Source: Bdellovibrionota bacterium FG-2 (lineage in GTDB: Bacteria > Bdellovibrionota > UBA1018). From it: DNA of 41,541 nt. Made by a program: the position numbers and the translations under genes. The stretch covers positions 1 through 41,541 of the forward strand of contig JBBCAV010000298.1 in NCBI GenBank assembly GCA_051382305.1, in the 5' to 3' direction. The number at the start of each line of letters is the position of its first letter. The first letter of the stretch is position 1. Below are positions 32,501 to 40,676 of this stretch, piece after piece. The notes beneath the pieces are model-generated. The model saw only the letters and a program-made list of their open reading frames with translations. It made no database searches and had not been told where the DNA came from.

Positions 32501-33724
32501 ATGGCTACCACATTTCAAAAAAATGAAATCAAAGTTCTGCTCCTCGAAAACGTCCACCAAATCGCCCGCGACCTATTTTCAGGCGAAGGTTTTAGTGTCG
32601 AATGCCTTCCCCAAGCGCTCGGCCCCGAGGAGCTCAAGAAAAAGCTCCGTGATGTCCATGTCCTTGGGATCCGAAGCAAGACCCAGATCACTGAAGAGGT
32701 CCTCGCTGAAACGAAAAACTTGATCACGATGGGCTGTTTTTGCATCGGCACCAACCATGTCGATCTCATGGCGGCCAAAAAACGAGGAATCCCGGTCTTT
32801 AACGCTCCTTTTGGAAATACTCGGAGTGTCGCGGAGCTCATGATTGCCGAGATCATCTCGCTGTCTCGCAAACTGGCCCAGCGGACCATGGAAATGCACA
32901 ACAAGGCTTGGAACAAAAGCTCAGCTTCATGTTTTGAGGTCCGCGGCAAGACTTTGGGAATCATCGGCTACGGCAACATCGGCTCTCAGCTCTCCACGCT
33001 CGCCGAATCCCTAGGAATGCGGGTCATTTTCTACGACATCGTTTCAAAGCTCCCCCTGGGAAACGCAAAGGCATGCAATACGCTTAATGAACTTTTGCAA
33101 ATGAGCGATTTTGTCACCTTACATGTCCCTGCTACTCCTTTGACTCATATGATGATCTCGCAAGAGCAATTGCGCTGGATGAAAAAAGGCTCCTATCTGA
33201 TCAATGCCAGTCGCGGCACGGTGGTCGATATTGAAGCTTTGGCCGAAGCCCTGAAATCCGGCCATTTGGCGGGAGCGGCGGTGGATGTTTACCCCGAAGA
33301 GCCAGAAGGAAATTCCAAGAATTTTCAAACGCCACTTCAAGGTTTAGCCAATGTGATTCTCACCCCGCATGTCGGAGGCGCAACCGAAGAAGCCCAAGTC
33401 AATATCGGCGGTGAAGTTCCCGTTTCGCTCATGCGATATGTGAATATGGGAGTGACGACGAGGGCTGTGAATTTTCCAGAAATTGCGATGCCTCCCACCC
33501 CAGGAAGTCACCGCATTCTAAATGCACACCAAAATACTCCGGGAGTTTTGAAAGAAATCAATCGCATCGTCTCTGAACTCGGAGCCAACGTTCGCGCGCA
33601 GACGTTAGCGACGGATGGAGATTTGGGTTACTTGGTGATGGATACCGATCAAGAGCTATCGTTTGAAGTGAAAAATGCGATTGAGGGGTTAAAGACTTCG
33701 TTGAAGACGAGGATTTTGTACTAA
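32501..33724 (+). CDS. serA: D-3-phosphoglycerate dehydrogenase (E. coli-type, ACT domain)
   Basis: GIRSKT, CFCIGTN, NTRSVAE, GIIGYGNIG, LTPHVGG. Confidence 0.97.
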   Translation: MATTFQKNEIKVLLLENVHQIARDLFSGEGFSVECLPQALGPEELKKKLRDVHVLGIRSKTQITEEVLAETKNLITMGCFCIGTNHVDLMAAKKRGIPVFNAPFGNTRSVAELMIAEIISLSRKLAQRTMEMHNKAWNKSSASCFEVRGKTLGIIGYGNIGSQLSTLAESLGMRVIFYDIVSKLPLGNAKACNTLNELLQMSDFVTLHVPATPLTHMMISQEQLRWMKKGSYLINASRGTVVDIEALAEALKSGHLAGAAVDVYPEEPEGNSKNFQTPLQGLANVILTPHVGGATEEAQVNIGGEVPVSLMRYVNMGVTTRAVNFPEIAMPPTPGSHRILNAHQNTPGVLKEINRIVSELGANVRAQTLATDGDLGYLVMDTDQELSFEVKNAIEGLKTSLKTRILY

Positions 33725-35124
33725 AATATTTTCCCCGGATTCAACAATCCTTTTGGATCTAAGAGAGATTTCACGCCTTTCAAAAGCGCCATCTCCTGCG
33801 GCGTGCGCGAATAATGAAGCGCTTCTTTTTTGAGCAAACCAATCCCGTGCTCTGCGGAGACGCTCCCCGTATACTTTTGAACCAGGGCAAACAATTCTTC
33901 GTCGACCGCTTCACATCGCTTCGTGAACTCGTTTTTATCGAGGTTATCCGGCTTCATTGTATTAAGGTGCAAGTTCCCGTCTCCCAAATGTCCAAACAGG
34001 TAAAGTTCAAAACCATGACGAGGATTTTTAAAAAGCTCGATGAGTTCGTGGACAAAGGGCTTGAGACTCGAAATCGGCACTGAAACGTCGTTCTTATGAA
34101 CAAAGTTCTTTTGCATAAGGCTCTCGGGCGTGCCCTCGCGCAGCGACCAAAGATCGGTGGCTTGGCGTTTGGATTGAGCCAAAACTCCGTCTAGAACGAG
34201 AGTATTTTCAAAAAGCCCAGTAAGCCAAGCGCTCAAATCCAAATCCGAACGCTCGATCTCGAGCAAGACATAGGCCCCCACCTCATCGCTAGACCCACCG
34301 GCCGACTGAGCAAATGGATGCGCCAAACTCCGCTGTGCAACCACCGTCTCTAAACAGTTCTTCGATAGGCACTCAAACGCCATGACCGAAAACGGTGACC
34401 GCCGTACCGCATGGAAAAGATTCACGGCGGCATCGAGATCTTTGAGTGCAAAAAAGAAAACATCCAGCTCTCCGGACATGGGCGCAAGCTTTAGGGTGGC
34501 TTCGGTAATAATTCCCAAGGTGCCTTCGGTCCCAATAAATAGCTGCCTCAAATCCAAACCGGTATTGTTTTTCTCTAAAGCCCCATTCAATTCAAGAACC
34601 TCGCCCGACATTGTCACAACCTGCAAACCCAAAACCCATGCGCGAGTCAAACCGTAACGAATCACCTTCACGCCACCCGCGTTGGTCGCGATGTTCCCAC
34701 CCACTGTGCTTGATCCTTTTGACGCAAAATCAATGGGCCAAGTCAGACCCTGTTTTTCACAATGATGATGAACCGCTTCGGTGACCGCTCCCGCCTGGAC
34801 GCGCAAGGTGTTCGAGAGTGTATCCACATCGCCTAATCGGCGCATTTTAACGAGACTAACGACCACTTCGCCATTTGTCGCGACCGCCCCGCCCGCCAGT
34901 CCCGTTCGTCCGCCCGAAGGAACGAGCGCCACACCGAACTCCGAGCAAAGCCGCGCGAGATGGGCGACCTCGGTGGTTTCCCTAGGAAAACAAATCAAGC
35001 TGGGTTTCGGAGGATAGAGCTTCGTCCAATCCCAGCCGTATTCTTCCAAATCAGCAGGCGCGACAGAAGAGAATCCCTCCGCGAATTCCTGCCTTAGTCG
35101 TTGTAAATAAGCTTGAGGCAACAT
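33721..35124 (-). CDS. FAD-binding oxidoreductase, D-2-hydroxyglutarate/D-lactate dehydrogenase family
   Basis: PSGGRTGLAGGA, GGNIATNAGG, FIGTEGTLGIIT, FGHLGDGNLH, SAEHGIG, LNPGK. Confidence 0.92.
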   Translation of the reverse strand: MLPQAYLQRLRQEFAEGFSSVAPADLEEYGWDWTKLYPPKPSLICFPRETTEVAHLARLCSEFGVALVPSGGRTGLAGGAVATNGEVVVSLVKMRRLGDVDTLSNTLRVQAGAVTEAVHHHCEKQGLTWPIDFASKGSSTVGGNIATNAGGVKVIRYGLTRAWVLGLQVVTMSGEVLELNGALEKNNTGLDLRQLFIGTEGTLGIITEATLKLAPMSGELDVFFFALKDLDAAVNLFHAVRRSPFSVMAFECLSKNCLETVVAQRSLAHPFAQSAGGSSDEVGAYVLLEIERSDLDLSAWLTGLFENTLVLDGVLAQSKRQATDLWSLREGTPESLMQKNFVHKNDVSVPISSLKPFVHELIELFKNPRHGFELYLFGHLGDGNLHLNTMKPDNLDKNEFTKRCEAVDEELFALVQKYTGSVSAEHGIGLLKKEALHYSRTPQEMALLKGVKSLLDPKGLLNPGKIF

Positions 35125-36092
35125 CAGCGCAAGGCACTCAGTTTTGTTAGAAAGGTGGTATATTTTTGCATTTCATCGTGCCGAGGATCTGCCGTTTCAA
35201 ATTTGACTTGCTGGAACAGTTTCATCGCGCCTGCGTAGTCTTTCTGAAAAATCGAAAGTTTCGCGAGTTCGTATTTCAAAACGTCGTTCCCTGGGTCGGT
35301 CATCAAGACGGACTTCATCGTTTCAGTAGCCCACATCATATGTAGCTTCATCATCACTTTCGGACGCTCTGGATTTAGAGGTGAAAGATCCTGGGCCCTG
35401 GTCAAATAATCAAAGGCCTGACGAAACTCTTTTTTCTTGAGATACAAAAGTCCTAACTCATTAAGCGCCACCACACACTGAGGATCGATCTTGACCGCTC
35501 GCTCGAGATGTTTTTCGGCCTGGGTGTAATCCGGAACCTTCGCGTAATAAGCACCAGCCTTCGAAAGAATTCTGGCATTTTCGCCGCCCGTTTGAATCGC
35601 GAGGCGAAATAATTTATCCGCAAAAGTAAACGCCTTTTCATCAAAAGCTCTCTCGGCTTGCCGCACTAGCGACGAAACACTGGTTTTGTCGTCTGCACGT
35701 TTTTGGCATGCAAGAAACTGCTCTTCGATATTTTTCGCACTGAATGGTTTCATCAGAATGGCATCGACATGCATTTCTTCAGCAATATTTTTTAAAGCTA
35801 GGCTATCTTCATCTACAGCCAAGATCGTAAATACATTTGCGGAGGCGGGAAGCTTTTTGATCTCTTGAAGTAAGCGAAACGCGGTCCCATCCGCATATTC
35901 ATATTCCATTAAGATGATGTCGGGTATCGTGTCTGCTATCACTCTTTGGGCCGCGACCATACCCGTAGCGTAGTATGTGCGATGAGGCCCCATCGTACGA
36001 ATGTATTGATCCATTACATCTTTGGTGAGCAGCCGAGTACCGACACTCAAAAAATTCAGGCCACCTTCTTCTTGCGATTCTTTCTTTGCCAT
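35124..36092 (-). CDS. Receiver-like domain plus TPR-repeat protein
   Basis: PDIILMEY...AILMKPF receiver fold, followed by TPR helices (AEKHLERAVKIDP, AFDYLTRAQDLSP). Confidence 0.8.
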   Translation of the reverse strand: MAKKESQEEGGLNFLSVGTRLLTKDVMDQYIRTMGPHRTYYATGMVAAQRVIADTIPDIILMEYEYADGTAFRLLQEIKKLPASANVFTILAVDEDSLALKNIAEEMHVDAILMKPFSAKNIEEQFLACQKRADDKTSVSSLVRQAERAFDEKAFTFADKLFRLAIQTGGENARILSKAGAYYAKVPDYTQAEKHLERAVKIDPQCVVALNELGLLYLKKKEFRQAFDYLTRAQDLSPLNPERPKVMMKLHMMWATETMKSVLMTDPGNDVLKYELAKLSIFQKDYAGAMKLFQQVKFETADPRHDEMQKYTTFLTKLSALR

Positions 36093-36373
36093 TCCTAGAA
36101 GTATGATCTTCTAAGGTTCGTTTTTCGAGGGGAATTTATTCCCCGATTTGAGATAGAGCGGATCCGTTCCAAAGCCGGCGGAAATCGACGTTAATTATGC
36201 CGATATGGAATCAAACAATTCCACACGAGAATGAGGCTGCGCAGCATCTGACCTATTGCGTCACTGGAAATTTAAGGTTTTTTTGCGGTGCAACTAGAAT
36301 TCTTTGCATATTACGACTCGGTGCCGTATTTGATGCTCCGAGTTCTTAATGTACCAAAAAAAGGGGGAATTTA

Positions 36374-37114
36374 ATGTTTAAAGCTTCAAAACGAAATCAG
36401 CTCTTAGGCACGGCTATCATAGCTCTAGCGCTCTCCGTCACACCTGCTTCTGCCGCTTCAAAAAAGCTAAAAGCAAAAAAGGGCGACCTTAAACTTCGCA
36501 TTGCGAAAATCCACACCGAAGAAGTTGCGATTGATCCATCACTCATGACCGATCTAAAATACTCCAATCCGGCACCGCAACTTAAACTGTTCGGCTTCAT
36601 GGAAGACATCACCGAGTTGGAAATGGCTTTTGACAAAGTTGTAAATCTCGGGAAAAAAATGTGGGCGCTTGTTGAAGAGAACAGACCCGTAGTTAACGTT
36701 AGTCTCGATTCTGCGAATGCACTGCCCTTTGGTGTACAAAACGCCTTTGACCTCGAAGGATGGCGCGCTCCGTATGCCCGTGCCTATCGCAAAACCTATG
36801 AAAACTTCTATGGCGTCACTGTCATTGACTACACCTACCAAGTGATGTTCACCTATGGCGGATCGATGGATGGGGTGGGCCGCTATATTGCCAACGCGCA
36901 AATTATCCCTTCGAATCTACGTGTAATGTGGGGATATACATTTAACGCTAAAGCCAAGGTCCAAGTGGTTACCAACGCCGGCTCAAGAGCCAACCCTGTG
37001 GCTGCCATTCAGTTGGCTCAGGTCTGGAGTATTGATACGGCGATCAACCACGAAGAAAACACCAACACGTTCTACATGTCAGGTGCCGGTGAATTCAAAG
37101 ACATGAATCCTTAA
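36374..37114 (+). CDS. Secreted hypothetical protein, aromatic and beta-rich
   Basis: SD AAGGGGG; signal peptide ending ASA; 246 aa. Confidence 0.85.
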   Translation: MFKASKRNQLLGTAIIALALSVTPASAASKKLKAKKGDLKLRIAKIHTEEVAIDPSLMTDLKYSNPAPQLKLFGFMEDITELEMAFDKVVNLGKKMWALVEENRPVVNVSLDSANALPFGVQNAFDLEGWRAPYARAYRKTYENFYGVTVIDYTYQVMFTYGGSMDGVGRYIANAQIIPSNLRVMWGYTFNAKAKVQVVTNAGSRANPVAAIQLAQVWSIDTAINHEENTNTFYMSGAGEFKDMNP

Positions 37115-37140
37115 CCCTGAAATACGAAAAGGTAACTTCC

Positions 37141-37611
37141 ATGAAAATCGATAAATCAGTCCTTACGTGCCTTCTTGCGCTTGGAACTCTAGGCCCCACT
37201 TCCCTAGCTTTTGCAACGGCACCCAAGGAGAGCTGCAAGCTCGAAACGACCCTCAAGATCGAAAGATCTTTGATTGAGTCGCCTGATCAAACCCTTTTTG
37301 TGGAGGTGACCTTTCGATTTCACGCCGAAACACCGTATGCGCGAATCATCGAAAAAAAGCTACTAACCATTGAGGCAGCGGGGCCCTCAAATCCTTCGGA
37401 AGCTTCTTTCGCGGCTCTCGCCGTGGATGCGCAGATCAGCTCTGTTCTTTACGAACGCACTCTTCAAGACGTTTTAGTCTCTGTTTTTCTCGATCCAAAC
37501 ACGCGAACAGGTTTTCCCATCGCGGTTGAGAGGTTCTTGCCTGAACGTGTTGAGCAAGGCGAAACATCCAAAGAGGGAATTGCCCTCGTATGTACGCTGT
37601 GGGCGAGTTGA
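37141..37611 (+). CDS. Secreted hypothetical protein
   Basis: Signal peptide ending AFA; 156 aa; co-oriented 26 bp after the previous gene. Confidence 0.7.
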   Translation: MKIDKSVLTCLLALGTLGPTSLAFATAPKESCKLETTLKIERSLIESPDQTLFVEVTFRFHAETPYARIIEKKLLTIEAAGPSNPSEASFAALAVDAQISSVLYERTLQDVLVSVFLDPNTRTGFPIAVERFLPERVEQGETSKEGIALVCTLWAS

Positions 37612-37645
37612 GCGCGTTTTGTTAAGTTGGTTTCGATTCTTGACA

Positions 37646-38060
37646 CCAGAACTCCAATTGAACCCACCGAGCAGATCGTTGCTTTTGGAGCCTGCCAAAT
37701 TTTGAGTTTTCGCCCATCCGGAAACATTAACCAACTGAACTGATTGAGTTTATTGATTACCGCATCTAAACTTGTCGACTGCGCCGTATTATCAAAGCGC
37801 TCAAGCTCTATTTCGACACTATGAGCGGAGGTGCGAATTCGTCCGGGCTGTTTCAGCACATGACGAATCAGGGAAAGGGTCTCATCCTTTTTCGCGTGGA
37901 CTTCAACAAACATCTGCTGCAACCACTTCTCACAATTATAGTTCATGGCCTTAACAAGATTGATCAGCATCCGCCTGCGCTGTTTTGTGATGACACATTC
38001 GTCTGCGAGGTTCACTTCAATCTTTGATTCTAACTCGGATCGCTGCCGCTCAAGCGGTGG
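37646..38060 (-). mobile_element. Transposase C-terminal remnant (5'-truncated)
   Basis: Frame open from about 38060: LERQRSELESKIEVNL...RMLINLVKAMNYNCEKWL...LIRHVLKQPGRI...INKLN...FPDGRKL. Resembles C-termini of long putative transposases (from recollection); no start or SD. Confidence 0.6.
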
Positions 38061-38061
38061 T

Positions 38062-38221
38062 CATTGTTTATTGTAAGAACCGCTTCGCCGCCTTCGCAGC
38101 TCTTGAATACACCGAGCTGGTCCTTTCTCTCCCTGCCGCAGCACGCGAAAAGGTGCTTGAGAAAATCCGTCGACTCAGGCGCACGCTCACCGACGAACTT
38201 CTTGACGCCCGCCCGGCTTAA
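38062..38221 (+). pseudogene. 5'-truncated gene fragment, possibly a second transposase C-terminus
   Basis: IVYCKNRFAAFAALEYTELVLSLPAAAREKVLEKIRRLRRTLTDELLDARPA* looks protein-like but has no credible start and begins at the junction with the opposite-strand remnant. Confidence 0.4.
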
Positions 38222-38414
38222 AACAAGTCCGACTACATCACTGGGTCATTCGCCGTTTTTGAGCCACTTTTCGTGCCGCTTTTGTTAACAGCAAAATCAT
38301 AGACGGATCAAATTCCGAATTTTCAAATTCTCCTGCTATTTTAAGCTGTGTCACTGCAGACCCCCGGCCTTTAGTGCCCCCCACTGTCTGAGCCACAGAA
38401 TTTAGAGCCGCCCC

Positions 38415-38443
38415 TTGACATCCCCCAAAAACTCCTTCACGCT
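38415..38443 (+). promoter_or_regulatory. Sigma70-type promoter of the leader-peptide transcript
   Basis: Perfect TTGACA at 38415-38420, 17-nt spacer, CACGCT -10 (keeps the conserved A and T). Confidence 0.55.
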
Positions 38444-38485
38444 TATATACAAGGAGAGTTGAAAACTCTCGAAAGGAGGCCTCGA

Positions 38486-38542
38486 ATGAAAACCTTCACG
38501 CTTCCCCACCAACGTCAGCAAATCCTTTGGTGGCGTTTCTAA
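38486..38542 (+). CDS. Putative Trp-sensing leader peptide MKTFTLPHQRQQILWWRF
   Basis: Strong SD AAAGGAGG 6 nt before ATG; tandem TGG-TGG-CGT near the 3' end, as in TrpL (GWWRTS). Confidence 0.72.
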   Translation: MKTFTLPHQRQQILWWRF

Positions 38543-38624
38543 ACCCACTCACCTGTCCATATTTTTTTCCCGCCCGTCCAACACCATAAACGCTATCGCT
38601 CTTTTTTCAAGGAGGAAACCGAGC

Positions 38625-38987
38625 ATGAAATTAGCCACACTTGTATCAACCGTTCTAGTTATTTCCCTAGGAACTCTCACCGCAGCTTTTGCTATGGAGC
38701 GAGATTTCTCCAACACCGTCATCCGAATGGAAAGGGGCAATCCAACCACAACCGTATCGATCTCCGGCACCCTCTCCTGCGTTTCGCAGGAAAACGGGAC
38801 CCCGTGTGAACTTCAAGTCCGAGATTCCAAATCGGGCAAGAACTTCCGCCTCGCCAACGCTACCAACGCGATGCGCATGCATCACGACGGAATCAATAAC
38901 GTCGTCATTGAGGGCGTCATTGCTTCAACTGAGCAGACGGCGAATTCTTTAAACACACTTGAAATCAAAAAAATCGATCGTCTCTAG
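38625..38987 (+). CDS. Small secreted hypothetical protein (possible OB-fold, one Cys pair)
   Basis: SD AAGGAGG; signal peptide ending AFA; 120 aa; no Trp. Confidence 0.85.
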   Translation: MKLATLVSTVLVISLGTLTAAFAMERDFSNTVIRMERGNPTTTVSISGTLSCVSQENGTPCELQVRDSKSGKNFRLANATNAMRMHHDGINNVVIEGVIASTEQTANSLNTLEIKKIDRL

Positions 38988-39041
38988 CTCTAATGCATTT
39001 GGCAGTAGCCTCCAGGGTGAAATCCAAGTAATCCTGGAGGC

Positions 39042-39266
39042 ATGCTAAATTTCGACAAAGAAAAATATCTGCAGATCGCAATAACTCAAGGGCCCCACGT
39101 GGCGCTCACAGAACTCCATCGTGAACAAAATCTTTGGGAAATAGACATGTTTGAGGGACCCAAGGGTTATCAACCCGAGAGAGTGTCTGAACTCGAAGAA
39201 GTTCGCAAATTCTCTCGCGAACTATGGGAAATAGCGCTCCGAAGTGACGGGGAAAGTCCTCAATGA
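39042..39266 (+). CDS. Hypothetical protein (74 aa, acidic, helical)
   Basis: SD GGAGG; ATGA overlap with the next gene. Confidence 0.75.
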   Translation: MLNFDKEKYLQIAITQGPHVALTELHREQNLWEIDMFEGPKGYQPERVSELEEVRKFSRELWEIALRSDGESPQ

Positions 39267-39595
39267 TCAGAGTCATTTCATGTGATGGCACCTTAGCCAT
39301 CACACAAGAGGAGGCTGAAGCACGCCTTCATACTGAAGGGTACCGCGCGTTTCGCTGGCATGACGTCCCGGGTTCTGCCTATCCACGCCACATCCATGAG
39401 ACGGATGACTGTTTTTGGGTCATCACCGGCGAAGTTTTATTTACGATCGCAGACACTCAGTACAAATTCAAGGGTGGAGATCACCTCTATATCCCTGCCC
39501 GTATCCCTCACTCTTCAGAGGTCGCGTCCACAGCAGGCGCAACCTATCTCGTTGGCGAAAAGATAGGTCCCAAAAATTATTCGACACATGAATAA
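39263..39595 (+). CDS. Cupin-domain protein
   Basis: YPRHIHETD...VITGEV motif 1; GDHLYIPARIPHS motif 2. Confidence 0.9.
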   Translation: MIRVISCDGTLAITQEEAEARLHTEGYRAFRWHDVPGSAYPRHIHETDDCFWVITGEVLFTIADTQYKFKGGDHLYIPARIPHSSEVASTAGATYLVGEKIGPKNYSTHE

Positions 39596-40067
39596 ACAGA
39601 AAATTATCGAACGGCTTCTTCAAAAACTCGAAAAAGAAATTGCTGTTATCAGCGACGCCGCCCATGCTGCCCACCTCGCAGCTACGCACGAGGAGAGCAG
39701 AGCTGAAGACTCACACGACACCCGCGGAATCGAAGCCTCTTATCTGGCCGGAGCCCAAGCAAACCGCGTCGCTGAGCTCAAGAAACAAAGTCAGATGCTC
39801 AGGACACTCCCCCTGCTTGCTTTCAAACCCTCTGACCCCATCGCTTTGGGCGCCCTCGTAGAGCTGGATTTGGACGGACAGCGCTCTTTTTGCTTGTTGG
39901 TAGAAACCGGAGGAGGACTTACGGCTGTAATCGATGGGAAAACCGTTCAACTCCTCACCTTTCAGGCGCCATTGGGCGAAGCGTTATTCGGTAAACGACG
40001 GGGAGATGTTGTTGAGGTTGAGGCTCAAAAGACAGTGCGAGAATATGAAGTCGTGGGGATTCAATAG
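39588..40067 (+). CDS. GreA/GreB-family protein (atypical)
   Basis: N-terminal coiled coil [24 protein letters not shown]-terminal LGALVEL...[16 protein letters not shown]. Confidence 0.85.
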   Translation: MNKQKIIERLLQKLEKEIAVISDAAHAAHLAATHEESRAEDSHDTRGIEASYLAGAQANRVAELKKQSQMLRTLPLLAFKPSDPIALGALVELDLDGQRSFCLLVETGGGLTAVIDGKTVQLLTFQAPLGEALFGKRRGDVVEVEAQKTVREYEVVGIQ

Positions 40068-40096
40068 CTCGCGCATTAATTCCTCAGAATATATTC

Positions 40097-40125
40097 TTGA
40101 CAGTGCCGCTAAGATAGGGCATTTT
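40097..40125 (+). promoter_or_regulatory. Probable sigma70 promoter of rplU-rpmA-obgE
   Basis: TTGACA at 40097-40102, 17 nt, CATTTT at 40120-40125. Confidence 0.5.
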
Positions 40126-40134
40126 CCTGCGTCT

Positions 40135-40656
40135 ATGTACGCAGTTATTGAAACAGGTGGAAAACAGTATCGTGTTGTTGCGGGCGATGTCGTGCAAGTC
40201 GAGAAACTCGACGGAGAAGTCGGCGCTAGCTTAACACTGGACCAAGTTCTTTTCGTAGGGAAGCCCGGAGCCGATAAATCTCAAATTTGGCTGGGCAAAC
40301 CTCTTCTTCAGGGCGCCAAAGTGCAGTCTGAAATCGTCGGCCAAGGCCGCGGCGAAAAAGTCGTTATCGTTAAAATGAAACGACGAAAACAATATCGCCG
40401 CACGCAAGGTCATCGCCAATTTCAGACCCAGCTTCTCATCACCAGCATCGACAACGGTGCCGGCGAGACTTTCGCGATGAGCGCTGAAGATAAAAAGGCA
40501 TTTCTCGGGAAGTACTACACGCAGCTGGCCCCCAAAGGCGCTGCAAGTACGAATCCCCATCTTCAAGCTAGCCCGAGCGAGCCAATCGCCAAAGCCAGCA
40601 AGACGCCAAGTAAAAAGGCAAGCGCTAAGCCGAACGCTAAGCCAAGCAGCAAGTAA
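40135..40656 (+). CDS. rplU: 50S ribosomal protein L21 with C-terminal extension
   Basis: [14 protein letters not shown]...[14 protein letters not shown]; true start at 40135. Confidence 0.97.
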   Translation: MYAVIETGGKQYRVVAGDVVQVEKLDGEVGASLTLDQVLFVGKPGADKSQIWLGKPLLQGAKVQSEIVGQGRGEKVVIVKMKRRKQYRRTQGHRQFQTQLLITSIDNGAGETFAMSAEDKKAFLGKYYTQLAPKGAASTNPHLQASPSEPIAKASKTPSKKASAKPNAKPSSK

Positions 40657-40676
40657 GACACGAGGATTCTTAAACC

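Noticed and set aside
36093-36373. Sigma54 promoter or operator palindrome upstream of the secreted gene
   Set aside because: No convincing TGGCAC-N5-TTGC; the TGCAA...TTGCA dyad is too short to support a call.
37464-37645. C-terminal approximately 60 aa of the 183-aa transposase-like ORF
   Set aside because: Probably run-on past the element end into the antisense of the 37141..37611 gene; not treated as real coding sequence.
38486-38542. Leader ORF as a type I toxin
   Set aside because: No transmembrane-length hydrophobic stretch and no evident antisense RNA unit; its position and WWR motif fit a leader peptide better.
39934-40134. N-terminal extensions in the ORF track for rplU (likewise tuf, rplA, pyrF, the NtrY-like and RsmB-like genes)
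   Set aside because: They overlap neighbouring genes, tRNAs or promoters; conserved N-termini or SD sites point to downstream starts.
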